DNA of 64,000 nt from Syntrophorhabdaceae bacterium (lineage in GTDB: Bacteria > Desulfobacterota > Syntrophorhabdia > Syntrophorhabdales > Syntrophorhabdaceae), in the NCBI GenBank assembly GCA_963666485.2, contig CAXXUO010000001.1:640001-704000 (forward strand), in the 5' to 3' direction. Both the position numbers and the translations under genes were made by a program. Position 1 is the stretch's first letter. The number at the start of each line of letters is the position of its first letter. This document shows, piece after piece, positions 1 to 9,720 of this stretch. The notes beneath the pieces are model-generated. The model ran no database searches, had not been told where the DNA came from, and saw only the letters and a list, made by a program, of their open reading frames with translations.

Positions 1-534
1 ATCGAAGAAATCACGGACGAGGGCGACGGTCTTGTCAGGCCCGACGGCGCGGTCCACGTCGAGGATGGCCGGGTCGACCTCCGCCAGTACCGGGAAATCC
101 CCCAGGTTCTCATTGAAAATGACGAACTCGAACGGCGCAAAAAATGCTGGCTCCATCTCAAGCGCATCATTGAGATGATATACAACATCGTGGCCGGCCA
201 GTGTTTCCTCCTGTTTTTTCAGCAGGGCCGGAGAAATGTCGAGCATGGTCGGCCGTATCCCCGGATTGTTCTTAAGAAGGTCTTTCATCAGGTAGCCGTA
301 CCCGCCGCCGACCTCCAGGACGTTTTTCATCTGCGAGAGCGGGACCGAGGCACAGAGGAAATGGAAGAGAAGGTCTCCGTACGACGCGTTTTTCTTAAGG
401 ACCTTTCGGATGGGCGTATTTTCGGGATACAGCGAATTGCTGACGGTAAGCTCCCACCCGAGCGATTCAAGGTCCTGCCTGTGGTAGTCTTCCGTACTGC
501 TCAGCCGGTACAATTCCTTATTTTCCGTTGACAT
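1..534 (-). CDS. Class I SAM-dependent methyltransferase (partial, runs off the window start)
   Basis: Hand translation from ATG at 534 gives MSTENKELYRL...VLEVGGGYGYL...MLDIS...FNENLGDFP, which contains the Gly-rich motif I. Not in the ORF track because no stop lies in the window. Confidence 0.7.
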   Translation of the reverse strand, partial: MSTENKELYRLSSTEDYHRQDLESLGWELTVSNSLYPENTPIRKVLKKNASYGDLLFHFLCASVPLSQMKNVLEVGGGYGYLMKDLLKNNPGIRPTMLDISPALLKKQEETLAGHDVVYHLNDALEMEPAFFAPFEFVIFNENLGDFPVLAEVDPAILDVDRAVGPDKTVALVRDFFD

Positions 535-544
535 GCGCCCTCAC

Positions 545-575
545 AAAAAAGAGCCCCCGGGATTCCCGGGGGCTC
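545..575 (-). terminator. Intrinsic terminator after acs
   Basis: Hairpin GAGCCCCCGGG-aat-CCCGGGGGCTC followed by a T-run on the minus strand. Confidence 0.75.
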
Positions 576-598
576 GAATTACCGCTTAAATCCTGGTC

Positions 599-2587
599 TT
601 ACTGACGGCCTTTTACGATATCGTCAACAACTGACGGATCGGCAAGTGTCGTGGTATCGCCAAGCTGATCGAGCTCGCCGGAGGCGACCTTTCTCAGGAT
701 CCTTCTCATGATCTTGCCGGAACGGGTCTTCGGCAGACCGGGGACAAACTGGATCTTGCCCGGTGATGCGATGGGGCCGATCTCTTTTCTTACGTGGGCA
801 ACGAGCTCTTTCTTGAGAGCATCGCTTCCCTCGACGCCTGTCTTCAGAATGATGTAGGCATAGAGGTCTTCGCCCTTGACTTCGTGCGGGAAGCCGACAA
901 CGGCCGATTCCGCAACTGCTGTATTGAAGGAGTTGAGAGCTGCTTCGACTTCTGCTGTTCCCATCCTGTGGCCGGATACGTTGACGACGTCGTCAATACG
1001 TCCCATAAGCCTGAAGTAGCCGTTCTCATCCTTTAATGCGCCGTCACCGGAGAAGTAGAATCCCGGCTGCTGGACGAAATATGTGTTGAAGAACCTTTCC
1101 GGCTCGCCGAAAACGCCCCTCATCATGCCCGGCCATGAACGGCCGATGCAAAGCTCGCCCTGCTCGTTCATCGGTGCATCTTCTGCGGGTTTGGATGCGT
1201 CTGAACGTGACTGGAGTGCGCGGGCGTCAACGCCAAAGAACGGAAGGGTTGCGTAGCCCGGTTTTCCCGGCCATGCGCCAGGAAGAGAGGTGATGAGGAT
1301 GCCGCCTGTCTCTGTCTGCCACCAGGTATCTGCGATCGGGCACTTTTCGGAGCCGATGTACTTGTGATACCAGAGCCATGCTTCCGGGTTGATCGGCTCG
1401 CCGACTGAACCAAGAAGTCTCAGTGAGGACAGGTTCCTGCCCTGGGGCCACTTTTCGCCTTCTTTCATGAGGGCGCGGATGGCTGTCGGGGCGGTGTAGA
1501 AGATGCTGACCTTGAATTTCTCGACGATCTGCCAGAACCTATCGGGATTCGGGAATGTCGGGACTGATTCAAAGACGATCGAGGTTGCGCCGTTGCAAAG
1601 CGGTCCGTACACGATGTAGCTGTGACCGGTTACCCAGCCGATGTCGGCGGTGCAGAAGAAAACGTCTTTATCTTTGTAATCAAAGATGTATTTGAATGTT
1701 GAATATGCATAGACCATGTAGCCGCCGACGGTGTGAAGAACACCCTTCGGCTTGCCTGTTGAACCGGAGGTATAGAGGATGAACAGGGGATCTTCCGCAT
1801 CCATCTGCTCTGCAGGGCAGTCGTCGGTGATGTCTGCCGCTGCCAGTTCTTCCTCAAACCAGGTGTCGCGGCCCGCTTTCATCGGGACGTCGAACTTGTC
1901 GAGCCTCTTGACGACGACGACTTTGTCAACCGTGTGGCCCTGCGCGAGGCAAAGGTCACATGCTGTGTCGGCGCTTGCCTTGGAGCTCACGGTCTTGCCT
2001 GAACGCCAGTAACCGTTCGTCGTGATGAGCAGTTTTGCGCCGGCGTCGATGATCCTGTCGCGGAGCGCCTCAGCGGAGAAACCGCCGAAAACGATCGTGT
2101 GGACCGCGCCTATCCTTGCGCATGCGAGCATGACGACGGGCAGCTGCCAGATCATCGGGAGATAAATGGCGACCCTGTCACCCTTGCGGACGCCTTTCTT
2201 TTTCAGGACGTTCGCAAACTTCGATACCATGGAAAGCATTTCTTTGTAGGTCAGTTTTACGACATCATCTTCCGGCTCGCCCTGGAAAAGGATAGCGACT
2301 TTGTCGCCCTTGCCCTTCTCAACCTGGGCATCGAGACAGTTGTATGCGATGTTGGTTTTTCCGCCTATGAACCACTCCACTTCGCCTTTCGCAAAGTCTT
2401 CCCTGTTGACCTTCAGCCAGGGTTTGAACCAGCTCAGCTCTTTCGCTACTCCGCCCCAGAATGTTTCGGGATCCTGGATCGACTGTTTCCACATTTTTTC
2501 GTATTCGTCGCGGCTCTTTACATACGCCTGGTCGACAAATTCCTTTGATGGGGGATACAGCCTGGTGTCATCTGATACGTCTGCCAT
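599..2587 (-). CDS. acs: Acetyl-CoA synthetase (AMP-forming)
   Basis: 662 aa; YTSGSTGKPKG, DTWWQTETG and LPKTRSGK motifs. Confidence 0.95.
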   Translation of the reverse strand: MADVSDDTRLYPPSKEFVDQAYVKSRDEYEKMWKQSIQDPETFWGGVAKELSWFKPWLKVNREDFAKGEVEWFIGGKTNIAYNCLDAQVEKGKGDKVAILFQGEPEDDVVKLTYKEMLSMVSKFANVLKKKGVRKGDRVAIYLPMIWQLPVVMLACARIGAVHTIVFGGFSAEALRDRIIDAGAKLLITTNGYWRSGKTVSSKASADTACDLCLAQGHTVDKVVVVKRLDKFDVPMKAGRDTWFEEELAAADITDDCPAEQMDAEDPLFILYTSGSTGKPKGVLHTVGGYMVYAYSTFKYIFDYKDKDVFFCTADIGWVTGHSYIVYGPLCNGATSIVFESVPTFPNPDRFWQIVEKFKVSIFYTAPTAIRALMKEGEKWPQGRNLSSLRLLGSVGEPINPEAWLWYHKYIGSEKCPIADTWWQTETGGILITSLPGAWPGKPGYATLPFFGVDARALQSRSDASKPAEDAPMNEQGELCIGRSWPGMMRGVFGEPERFFNTYFVQQPGFYFSGDGALKDENGYFRLMGRIDDVVNVSGHRMGTAEVEAALNSFNTAVAESAVVGFPHEVKGEDLYAYIILKTGVEGSDALKKELVAHVRKEIGPIASPGKIQFVPGLPKTRSGKIMRRILRKVASGELDQLGDTTTLADPSVVDDIVKGRQ

Positions 2588-2826
2588 AACATAACCTCCT
2601 TATTGATTTTGGAATGAAGCTGTCCGTATTCAGCTTAAGCTACCCGTATTTAGCTTATTGAACAGATTATTTTAAACGGGCTATGGAGCGATGTCAATAA
2701 AATTTTGTTAATCTTTTCACAATACTGGAGGCTTCATCGGCCATGGCTAAAGTTCGGTTTAAGATTGCCGAATATTACTAAATGGATTATCATGACTAAA
2801 ACATCAAAACGGAGGGATATCCAACC

Positions 2827-3411
2827 ATGATCAACGATCCGGCAATCAAGCAGGCACTTCAAAACCTTATCGACGGCAACAAACGGTTTGTCGCCATGAA
2901 ACCGGCGCACCCCAACCAGGACAAGGACCGCAGGGACGAGGTCAAAGGTGGCCAGAAACCATTTGCCATAATTGTCGGATGCTCCGATTCCCGCATCCCT
3001 CCCGAGATCCTCTTCGACCAGGGGATCGGCGACCTTTTCGTTATCAGGCTCGCGGGAAATATCGTCGATGACACGGCGCTCGGAAGTATCGAATACGCCG
3101 CTGATCACCTCGGGACGCGGCTCGTCGTCGTCCTCGGTCACGCAAAGTGCGGGGCGGTCACGGCAGCAGCGGGCGGCGGCGAAGCGCACGGCCATATAGG
3201 AAGCATCGTGCAGCTTATAATACCCGCTGTGGAAAAGGCGAAAGCGGGATCGGGAGACCTTGTCGATAATGCCATCAGGGAAAACGCGAAGCTCGTTGCC
3301 GCAACCATCTCTTCTTCAAAGCCTATTCTCTCAAAGATGGTCGAGGAAGGCAAAATAGCCGTCGTCCCGGCATATTATAGTATTGATACGGGGGCGGTAG
3401 AGTTATTGTAA
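2827..3411 (+). CDS. Beta-class carbonic anhydrase
   Basis: Zn ligands in GCSDSR and GHAKCG; GDLFVIRLAGN; GGAGG SD upstream. Confidence 0.93.
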   Translation: MINDPAIKQALQNLIDGNKRFVAMKPAHPNQDKDRRDEVKGGQKPFAIIVGCSDSRIPPEILFDQGIGDLFVIRLAGNIVDDTALGSIEYAADHLGTRLVVVLGHAKCGAVTAAAGGGEAHGHIGSIVQLIIPAVEKAKAGSGDLVDNAIRENAKLVAATISSSKPILSKMVEEGKIAVVPAYYSIDTGAVELL

Positions 3412-3489
3412 AGACCGTTCTACGTTCCGCGTTCTACGTTTATCACGATTACTAATGAGAAGTTTTTAACGTAGAACGTAGAACGTCTT
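3411..3489. repeat. Inverted heptamer arrays (GTTCTAC / GTAGAAC)
   Basis: aagaccgttctacgttccgcgttctacgtt ... aacgtagaacgtagaacgtctt, between convergent genes. Confidence 0.8.
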
Positions 3490-4284
3490 CTAGCATTTCC
3501 GTTTTTCAAGATACGGAAACAACCAGAACTTAAGGACCAGCCCGATGATGGCCATGATCAGGCTCAAGACCTGTCCCATACTCAAAGGGCCGAGAACGTA
3601 GCCGAGCTGGGCGTCGGGCAGCCGGAAAAATTCACAAAACGTCCGAAAGAATCCATAAAGTATGAGGAACATCGCGAAAACATCGCCGTTCCTCTTCTTT
3701 TTATCCTTATAGAACCAGAGGATAACGAAGAGAAGGATGCCTTCGAAGAACGCCTCGTACAATTGAGATGGGTGCCGGGGCAAAGGCCCGCCGTGCGGGA
3801 ATATCATCGCCCAGGGGACTGATGACGGTTTACCGAATAATTCGCCGTTTATGAAATTGCCGAGCCTGCCGAGGCAGATACCGATCGGCGCCGTCGGGAT
3901 GATGAGGTCGGCCGTGGCGCGGAAGGGGAGATCTTTCCTGATAATGACGATAACTCCGGCAATTAATGCGCCCCCTAAACCTCCGTGGAAGGACATGCCG
4001 CCATGCCAGACCATGAATACCTCGAGGGGGTTCGCGATATAAAAGCTGAAATTGTAGAAAAAGGCATACCCCAGCCTCGCCCCGACGATAAGGCCTATAA
4101 TAAGGTAGAAGAAGAGGTCGTCGATCGCCTCTTTCGTTATCCCCGGCCTCGGCCCCTTGCGCAACTGGTAGATCGTCAGCCCATAGGAGGCAAAAAACCC
4201 GAGGATGTACATTAAACCGTACCATCGCATCGCAAACGGACCGATCGAGAAGATAACGGGGTCTATGTTGGGGAAATGAAGAAT
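3490..4284 (-). CDS. lgt: Prolipoprotein diacylglyceryl transferase (probable ATT start at 4284)
   Basis: RWYG, GGMSFHGG, RLGNFINGELFG and HPSQLYE motifs. The typical N-terminus LHFPNIDPVIFSIGP lies upstream of the first ATG (4230). Confidence 0.93.
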   Translation of the reverse strand: MLHFPNIDPVIFSIGPFAMRWYGLMYILGFFASYGLTIYQLRKGPRPGITKEAIDDLFFYLIIGLIVGARLGYAFFYNFSFYIANPLEVFMVWHGGMSFHGGLGGALIAGVIVIIRKDLPFRATADLIIPTAPIGICLGRLGNFINGELFGKPSSVPWAMIFPHGGPLPRHPSQLYEAFFEGILLFVILWFYKDKKKRNGDVFAMFLILYGFFRTFCEFFRLPDAQLGYVLGPLSMGQVLSLIMAIIGLVLKFWLFPYLEKRKC

Positions 4285-4298
4285 AATTCCTCCGAAAA

Positions 4299-4383
4299 AC
4301 AGGCGATGGGCGATGGGCGATGGGCGATGGGCGACTCTTTTTTATTTTTCCCCATTGCCTATTGCCTCTCGCCCATTGCCTGT
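4299..4383. repeat. Inverted heptamer arrays (GGCGATG / CATTGCC)
   Basis: acagg(cgatggg)x4 ... cccattgcctattgcctctcgcccattgcctgt. Confidence 0.8.
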
Positions 4384-4384
4384 C

Positions 4385-5002
4385 CTATATACAATTTTCG
4401 TTTATCACTTTCCATATATCCGCCGCCTCCCTGAATACGATGCCGGGAATGCCGTACTCGGAGGCGGCACGGATGTATTCAGGGATATCATCTATATAGA
4501 GTACTTCATGCCGCTCCAGCGCCTTCTTTTCAAATATCATGTCATATATCCGCCGGTGAGGTTTCTTTGCGCCCACTTCGAACGACAGTATCCACTCATC
4601 GAGATGGTGGATTATCGGATATCTCTCCATTATATAGGAGAAATGCATTTCGTTCGTATTGCTCAGGAGATAGATCGGATACCCCCTGTCCTTCAGGTAC
4701 CGTATGATCTCGGTGACTGCCGGGTCTTCCTCGAAGATCTGGTTCCAGATATCTTTGAATTCATCGGGCTCCACATCGAGCCTGTATTTATGCCTGATCT
4801 TTTCAATAAATTCCGCTGTCGTCATTCGGCCCGTTTCATAATCGTTGATGAACCCCTTGCTATGATCGAACAGGAAGTTGAAGATATCACCCGGTGAGCA
4901 GCGGTCCTTGACGAGCGACGTCTCGTAGAGCTTATCGGCTATCTGGTGATGTTCAAAGGGAAGAATGACATTCCCGAGGTCGAAAACGAAAAGCTTAATC
5001 AT
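4385..5002 (-). CDS. HAD-family phosphatase (YihX-like)
   Basis: FDLGNV, LSNTN, K-P and YIDD motifs. Confidence 0.88.
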   Translation of the reverse strand: MIKLFVFDLGNVILPFEHHQIADKLYETSLVKDRCSPGDIFNFLFDHSKGFINDYETGRMTTAEFIEKIRHKYRLDVEPDEFKDIWNQIFEEDPAVTEIIRYLKDRGYPIYLLSNTNEMHFSYIMERYPIIHHLDEWILSFEVGAKKPHRRIYDMIFEKKALERHEVLYIDDIPEYIRAASEYGIPGIVFREAADIWKVINENCI

Positions 5003-5648
5003 AGGGGAAGATCTTTACAGGCTGAAATGCCTCGTACAGGGAGAGAGGGTCTCTCAAATGCTGCCAGCCGGCGATATGAAGGAATCGCCCTCCCCTGTAT
5101 CTTTTTCTGAGAATGTCGATCCTGTGGCACATAAAATTGTCCCGTATCGCCATTTCTTCATCATAGCGAAAAGCGGCCACGCCCTTGTGGAAATACAGGT
5201 CCGCGAGGATTTTCCCGGATTCCCCGCGCGCGGCATCGTCGGCCAGGGGGCCCATGATATTCTTCCCGTCGGTCAACTCATCGATCTTGTTGAGCTTCAG
5301 GAGGGAAAACAGGTCCATATCGACCGGGTAGACCTGTATATTGTTGCGCCGGCAATACTCGTCGGCGATCGTGAACTCTTTCGGCATGTCGATGAACGAA
5401 TTGATGGCGGCGATGCTGCGGCCGCACTGCACGGGATCGCTATTGCCGCACATGTTATGGAGCTTTTCGCGGTACATATTGCCGGCCAGGCGCCTGAAAT
5501 CTATGGCATACCGGGATATTTCGACCGTGATCACGTCGGGCCGCAGCTTTTCGAGCCATGCGCGCAGGATAGCCGGGTTGCGTTCGTCACGGTGAATGAT
5601 CCCGAGCATGTAAAAATCGCCGGAATATTCGGTATCAGCACGTGCCAT
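4995..5648 (-). CDS. Hypothetical protein (possibly TraB/GumN-like fold)
   Basis: ORF overlapping the HAD start; LGIIHRD, PDVITVEIS, RDNFM and HIAGWQHL. Start uncertain. Confidence 0.55.
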   Translation of the reverse strand: MARADTEYSGDFYMLGIIHRDERNPAILRAWLEKLRPDVITVEISRYAIDFRRLAGNMYREKLHNMCGNSDPVQCGRSIAAINSFIDMPKEFTIADEYCRRNNIQVYPVDMDLFSLLKLNKIDELTDGKNIMGPLADDAARGESGKILADLYFHKGVAAFRYDEEMAIRDNFMCHRIDILRKRYRGGRFLHIAGWQHLRDPLSLYEAFQPVKIFPYD

Positions 5649-5769
5649 TGTAAAATTAACGCACGGACCTTTGGCCTCTTTCAAGAAAAATTCATCCGCC
5701 CGCCTGTTTTTTCACTTTTTCTGTTGTCAATTGCCGGGATGTATAATAGAATTAGCTCCTGTTATACGA

Positions 5770-6777
5770 ATGAAATCATTAATTAAAACAGCGTTTTTTC
5801 TTGTGTGCATCCTTATCGCTGCCCATGCCTCGGCGGACACGATCATTGGCGGCGACGTCACGCATACCGTGGGTAAGGGAGAAAACCTTTACCGGGTCGG
5901 CGCCAAGTATGGAGTGTACTGGAAAACCATTGCAAAAAACAACGGGCTCAACGAAAAGGACCCCCTCGTAGAAGGAACGGTCCTCAAGCTCAATACCCGC
6001 AGGATCGTGCCCCGTACCATGGATAACGGCATCATCGTGAACATCCCCGACCGGACCCTGTATTTCTTCCGGGACAAGCAATTGCTGGCCCTGCCCGTCG
6101 GCCTCGGCGCGATCTTCAAGAACGAGTACAGCGACTGGAAGACCCCGGAAGGCAAGTTCAAGATCGTGAGTAAACGGAAGGACCCCACGTGGTATGTCCC
6201 GGAGTCGATCCAGATAGAATACGCCTTGAAGGGAAAACCCGTCGAGGAATCCGTCCCGCCGGGACCGAAGAACCCGCTGGGTAAATATGCCATAAAAACA
6301 TCGCTTCCGGCTGTCCTTATCCATGAGACGATATGGCCGGGGAGCGTGTATCGCTACATGAGCCACGGGTGCATCCGGATGCTCCGCGAGCATATCGAGC
6401 AGTTGTTCCCTCTTGTCGAGGTCAACATGCCCGGGGAAATAATATATGAACCTGTCAAGGTCGCCCTGACCGAGGACGGCAGGACATTTGTCGAAATACG
6501 AACGGACATTTACAGAAAACATAAATCTCTGAAAACGTACACGGCAAAACTGATTGACGCAAAGGGCATGTCCGATAAGGTCGACTGGCAGAAGATCGAA
6601 AAGCTCATCAAGGAAGAGTCGGGTGTTGCCGAAGATGTCAGTCTCGGCAAACTGCAGAAGTCCTCCTCGTCATCATCGGGCAATTCGTCCGGCGGGACCG
6701 GCTTCACGGACCGCGTCGTCGATTATTTCAGGAGCAAATTCAAGAAGACCGACCAGGTAAGCACGCAAAAGTTTTAA
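5770..6777 (+). CDS. Exported LysM + L,D-transpeptidase (YkuD/ErfK-like)
   Basis: Signal peptide ending AHA-SA; LysM (HTVGKGENLYRVG...NNGL); GPKNPLG; catalytic HET...SHGCIRM. Confidence 0.9.
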   Translation: MKSLIKTAFFLVCILIAAHASADTIIGGDVTHTVGKGENLYRVGAKYGVYWKTIAKNNGLNEKDPLVEGTVLKLNTRRIVPRTMDNGIIVNIPDRTLYFFRDKQLLALPVGLGAIFKNEYSDWKTPEGKFKIVSKRKDPTWYVPESIQIEYALKGKPVEESVPPGPKNPLGKYAIKTSLPAVLIHETIWPGSVYRYMSHGCIRMLREHIEQLFPLVEVNMPGEIIYEPVKVALTEDGRTFVEIRTDIYRKHKSLKTYTAKLIDAKGMSDKVDWQKIEKLIKEESGVAEDVSLGKLQKSSSSSSGNSSGGTGFTDRVVDYFRSKFKKTDQVSTQKF

Positions 6778-6799
6778 AAGAAAGGCGTACGCCGTTCTT

Positions 6800-7654
6800 T
6801 TACTTTCCCCTATTTTCCCAGAAGCTTTTATCCAGCCTTGCCGTAAATGTCTCGGGCTGCTTTCCCTCGTTGAATATCTGCGCGTACACTACGGGTGCCG
6901 ACCCGGGCTCCAATCGTATCACCCACGTCGCGAGGGTCCGGATGCTCGATCCTTTGCGGGGGTCCCTCATCACCGGGCCCGGGCCGCCCGAATTGCGGTC
7001 GCGGCTCATGGCAATATAATCATCGAGGGTGTGCTCCCGGTTGAGGGAGGCGATCAACTGGTTGATCCTCTTGAGGCGCAGCGTGCTTTCGCGGCTGATC
7101 TTTTCGTTGGCGCCGGCAAGGCTCTCGGATGTGTAATGATTCGTAAAGGCGACAGCCCCATTGTCCTTTACCGTGATCGCGACCTGGCCGCGCGGTGCCA
7201 CTTCGACGGACATGATCCGGGTAGAATCGGCTATTATATAAAGTGCCGGATGGGTCTTCCGGAAAATGTCCCTCTGCTTGTCCAGCGAATCCACGGAATC
7301 GAAGTTCTCGAGGATCCTTTGCGTGAAATCCTCGACTGCGACATGTCTCTTGCTGCGCTGGACGCTGTTCGCCGACGCATTGACGACGACAAGACCCTTT
7401 TCATTCACGGCCGCCACGACGTACCCGTCGGCCTCGATATCGAGGACGCCGAGGAAACGAAAGCCCTTGGCCGGGAAGACAAGACCCAGTCTCGTATGCA
7501 GCGGCGATGAATTGTCCCGGTTCTTTCCGACGATCACCCCTTTGCCCGCGACGATATCGCCGGCTGAGGCCCAGATGGTGCAAGTTTCTCCATACCCTGC
7601 AAATAAAAAACAAAGTATTGTGCAACAGACGAAACCCGTGATGATGCGTGGCAT
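6800..7654 (-). CDS. Exported Ntn-hydrolase (peptidase C45 / acyltransferase family)
   Basis: Signal peptide followed by the nucleophile motif CTIW; GKNRD, VNEKGL, TNHY. Confidence 0.7.
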   Translation of the reverse strand: MPRIITGFVCCTILCFLFAGYGETCTIWASAGDIVAGKGVIVGKNRDNSSPLHTRLGLVFPAKGFRFLGVLDIEADGYVVAAVNEKGLVVVNASANSVQRSKRHVAVEDFTQRILENFDSVDSLDKQRDIFRKTHPALYIIADSTRIMSVEVAPRGQVAITVKDNGAVAFTNHYTSESLAGANEKISRESTLRLKRINQLIASLNREHTLDDYIAMSRDRNSGGPGPVMRDPRKGSSIRTLATWVIRLEPGSAPVVYAQIFNEGKQPETFTARLDKSFWENRGK

Positions 7655-7672
7655 GATTCGCGATTATAGCAT

Positions 7673-7790
7673 AAAAACTGGTTCAAGGTTCAAAGTTCAA
7701 AGTTCAAGGCAAAAACCAGGGAACTGCTTTCAAAATGCGTCGTGATATCGGTTTTTTGCCTTGAACTTTGAACCTTGAACCTTGAACCTT
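7673..7790. repeat. Inverted heptamer arrays (GTTCAAG / CTTGAAC)
   Basis: ggttcaaggttcaaagttcaaagttcaaggcaaaaacc ... ggttttttgccttgaactttgaaccttgaaccttgaacc. Confidence 0.85.
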
Positions 7791-7834
7791 CTTATTTGTT
7801 GTATTTATTTTCCTTTTCTTTTTAAAATAGGTGC

Positions 7835-9562
7835 ATGACGAAAACGACAAACGATTCACCGGATGGCAGGCTGGCCGCTTTTCTTCTCGACCAGAGGCTG
7901 ATCGCGCAGGAACAACTCGACAAGGCACTCGAGATCCAGGCGGTAAGCGGCGGGTACCTGAGCGAGATCCTCGTGAACAAGGGGCTGATCGCGGAAGATG
8001 ATGTGGCGTTCTCCCTGTCCGAGGAGTTCGGCATTCCGCTTCTGTCTTCACAGAACGGTGCCCTGCAGCCCGCCGCCGAAGACCAGGAACTCAAAAGGCT
8101 TATACCGAAACAGTTCGCCCTGAGGAATTTTATCTTTCCGGTCTCCCGGAAGGACAACATCTTCACCTGCATAATGTTCAATCCCCTGGATGTTATGCTG
8201 ATCGATGAGCTCAAGAAGATAACCGGGTGCCAGGTGAAGCCTGTCGTCGCTACCCGGTCCGACATCCTACGGGCGATAGAGGGCTTCTATGATGCGGGCG
8301 CCGTATCCCGGAAATACCACCGCGACAATCACGCGATAAACAGCATCGAATTGCAGTCCCCGTCGATCGTCGACGAGACGGCGGGCGTTGAAGGCATGAT
8401 GGCGCGGGCGAAGGCTGCACCGGTCATCAAGCTTGTGGATCTCATGCTCTGGCAGGCGATCGATAAACGCGCATCGGACATCCACCTGGAGCCTTTCGAA
8501 AACCATATTTCGCTCAGGTACCGGATCGACGGGAAGCTCTATGAAATGTCGGCACCGCCGAAACACATGCACCTGCCCATCGTCTCGAGGATCAAGATAT
8601 TGTCCCGCCTCGATATTTCCGAGAAACGCCTTCCCCAGGACGGTACGTTCATGGTGAAGATCCATGACCGGACGATCGACCTCAGGATATCGGTCATTCC
8701 CACCATATACGGGGAAAAAGTGGTCATGCGCATCCTCGACCGGACAGGGGTTGTCTTCGACCTCGCACAGATGGGCTTCGAGGAGGACGATCTCGAGAAA
8801 CTGAAGAAAGCGATCTTCAGCCCGTATGGCCTTGTATTTCTTACGGGGCCGACAGGCAGCGGAAAATCAACGACACTGTATGCGATCCTGCAGGAGATCA
8901 AATCGACCGAGAAGAACATCGTGACGGTCGAAGACCCGGTCGAATACAGGCTTGAGGGGATCAACCAGGTGCAGGTGAAACCCGAGATCGGCCTGACGTT
9001 CGCCTCGTCGCTGCGGGCATTCCTCCGGCAGGACCCCGACATCATGCTTGTCGGCGAGGTGCGGGACCTCGAAACGGCCGAGATATGCGTGCGGTCAGCC
9101 CTTACCGGCCACCTTGTCCTCTCGACGCTCCACACGAATGACGCCCCGTCCGCTGTGACCCGGCTCATCGATATCGGCGTCGAGCCCTACCTTCTCGCGC
9201 CGACGCTCCTTGCCGTCGTCGGCCAAAGACTCGTGCGGAAGCTCTGTCCCGAGTGCAAGGAAGCCTACACCCCCGAAAAGAAAGAACTCGGCATGGCGAA
9301 ACTGAACACCGATGTCATCTATCGCCCGAAAGGATGTCCCGCCTGCAACAACACGGGATACCGCGGCAGGACCCTCGTCGCCGAGGTGATGTCCACATCC
9401 GAAGAGCTGAAAACGTTCATCACCCATAACGTCTCCTACCGTGACATGCACAAGCGTGCCCGCGAGCTGGGGATGAAGACGCTTTTTGAATCAGGATTAC
9501 GAAAAGTCGAAAAAGGGATTACGAGTTTGGATGAAGTTATGCATGTCGCTTTTGGCATATAA
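7835..9562 (+). CDS. GspE/PilB-family secretion or pilus assembly ATPase
   Basis: N-terminal MshEN-like segment (RLAAFLL...LSEILV); ASDIHLEP; Walker A GPTGSGKS; LRQDPDIMLVGE; STLHTN; tetracysteine motif. Confidence 0.92.
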   Translation: MTKTTNDSPDGRLAAFLLDQRLIAQEQLDKALEIQAVSGGYLSEILVNKGLIAEDDVAFSLSEEFGIPLLSSQNGALQPAAEDQELKRLIPKQFALRNFIFPVSRKDNIFTCIMFNPLDVMLIDELKKITGCQVKPVVATRSDILRAIEGFYDAGAVSRKYHRDNHAINSIELQSPSIVDETAGVEGMMARAKAAPVIKLVDLMLWQAIDKRASDIHLEPFENHISLRYRIDGKLYEMSAPPKHMHLPIVSRIKILSRLDISEKRLPQDGTFMVKIHDRTIDLRISVIPTIYGEKVVMRILDRTGVVFDLAQMGFEEDDLEKLKKAIFSPYGLVFLTGPTGSGKSTTLYAILQEIKSTEKNIVTVEDPVEYRLEGINQVQVKPEIGLTFASSLRAFLRQDPDIMLVGEVRDLETAEICVRSALTGHLVLSTLHTNDAPSAVTRLIDIGVEPYLLAPTLLAVVGQRLVRKLCPECKEAYTPEKKELGMAKLNTDVIYRPKGCPACNNTGYRGRTLVAEVMSTSEELKTFITHNVSYRDMHKRARELGMKTLFESGLRKVEKGITSLDEVMHVAFGI

Positions 9563-9566
9563 TGCC

Positions 9567-9720
9567 AAAAACGGTTCAAGGTTCAAGGTTCAAGGTTCAA
9601 GGTTCAAGGTTCAAGGTTCAAGGTTCAAGGTTCAAGGTAAAAAAAGATGCCCGGTTCCGGGCATCTTTTTTAGTTCTTTTTTAACTTTGAACTTTGAACT
9701 TTGAACCTTGAACCGTTTTT
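9567..9720. repeat. Inverted heptamer arrays (GGTTCAA)x9 / (TTGAACY)n around a bidirectional terminator-like hairpin
   Basis: Nine copies at 9573-9635; central aaaaagatgcccgg-tt-ccgggcatcttttt; inverted arm at 9681-9720; between convergent genes. Confidence 0.9.

Noticed and set aside
9486..9704. ORFs with GSRFKVQ, TPYALRL or VERGTWN repeats (also 32236-32457, 62697-63161)
   Set aside because: These are translations of the heptamer DNA arrays, not proteins.
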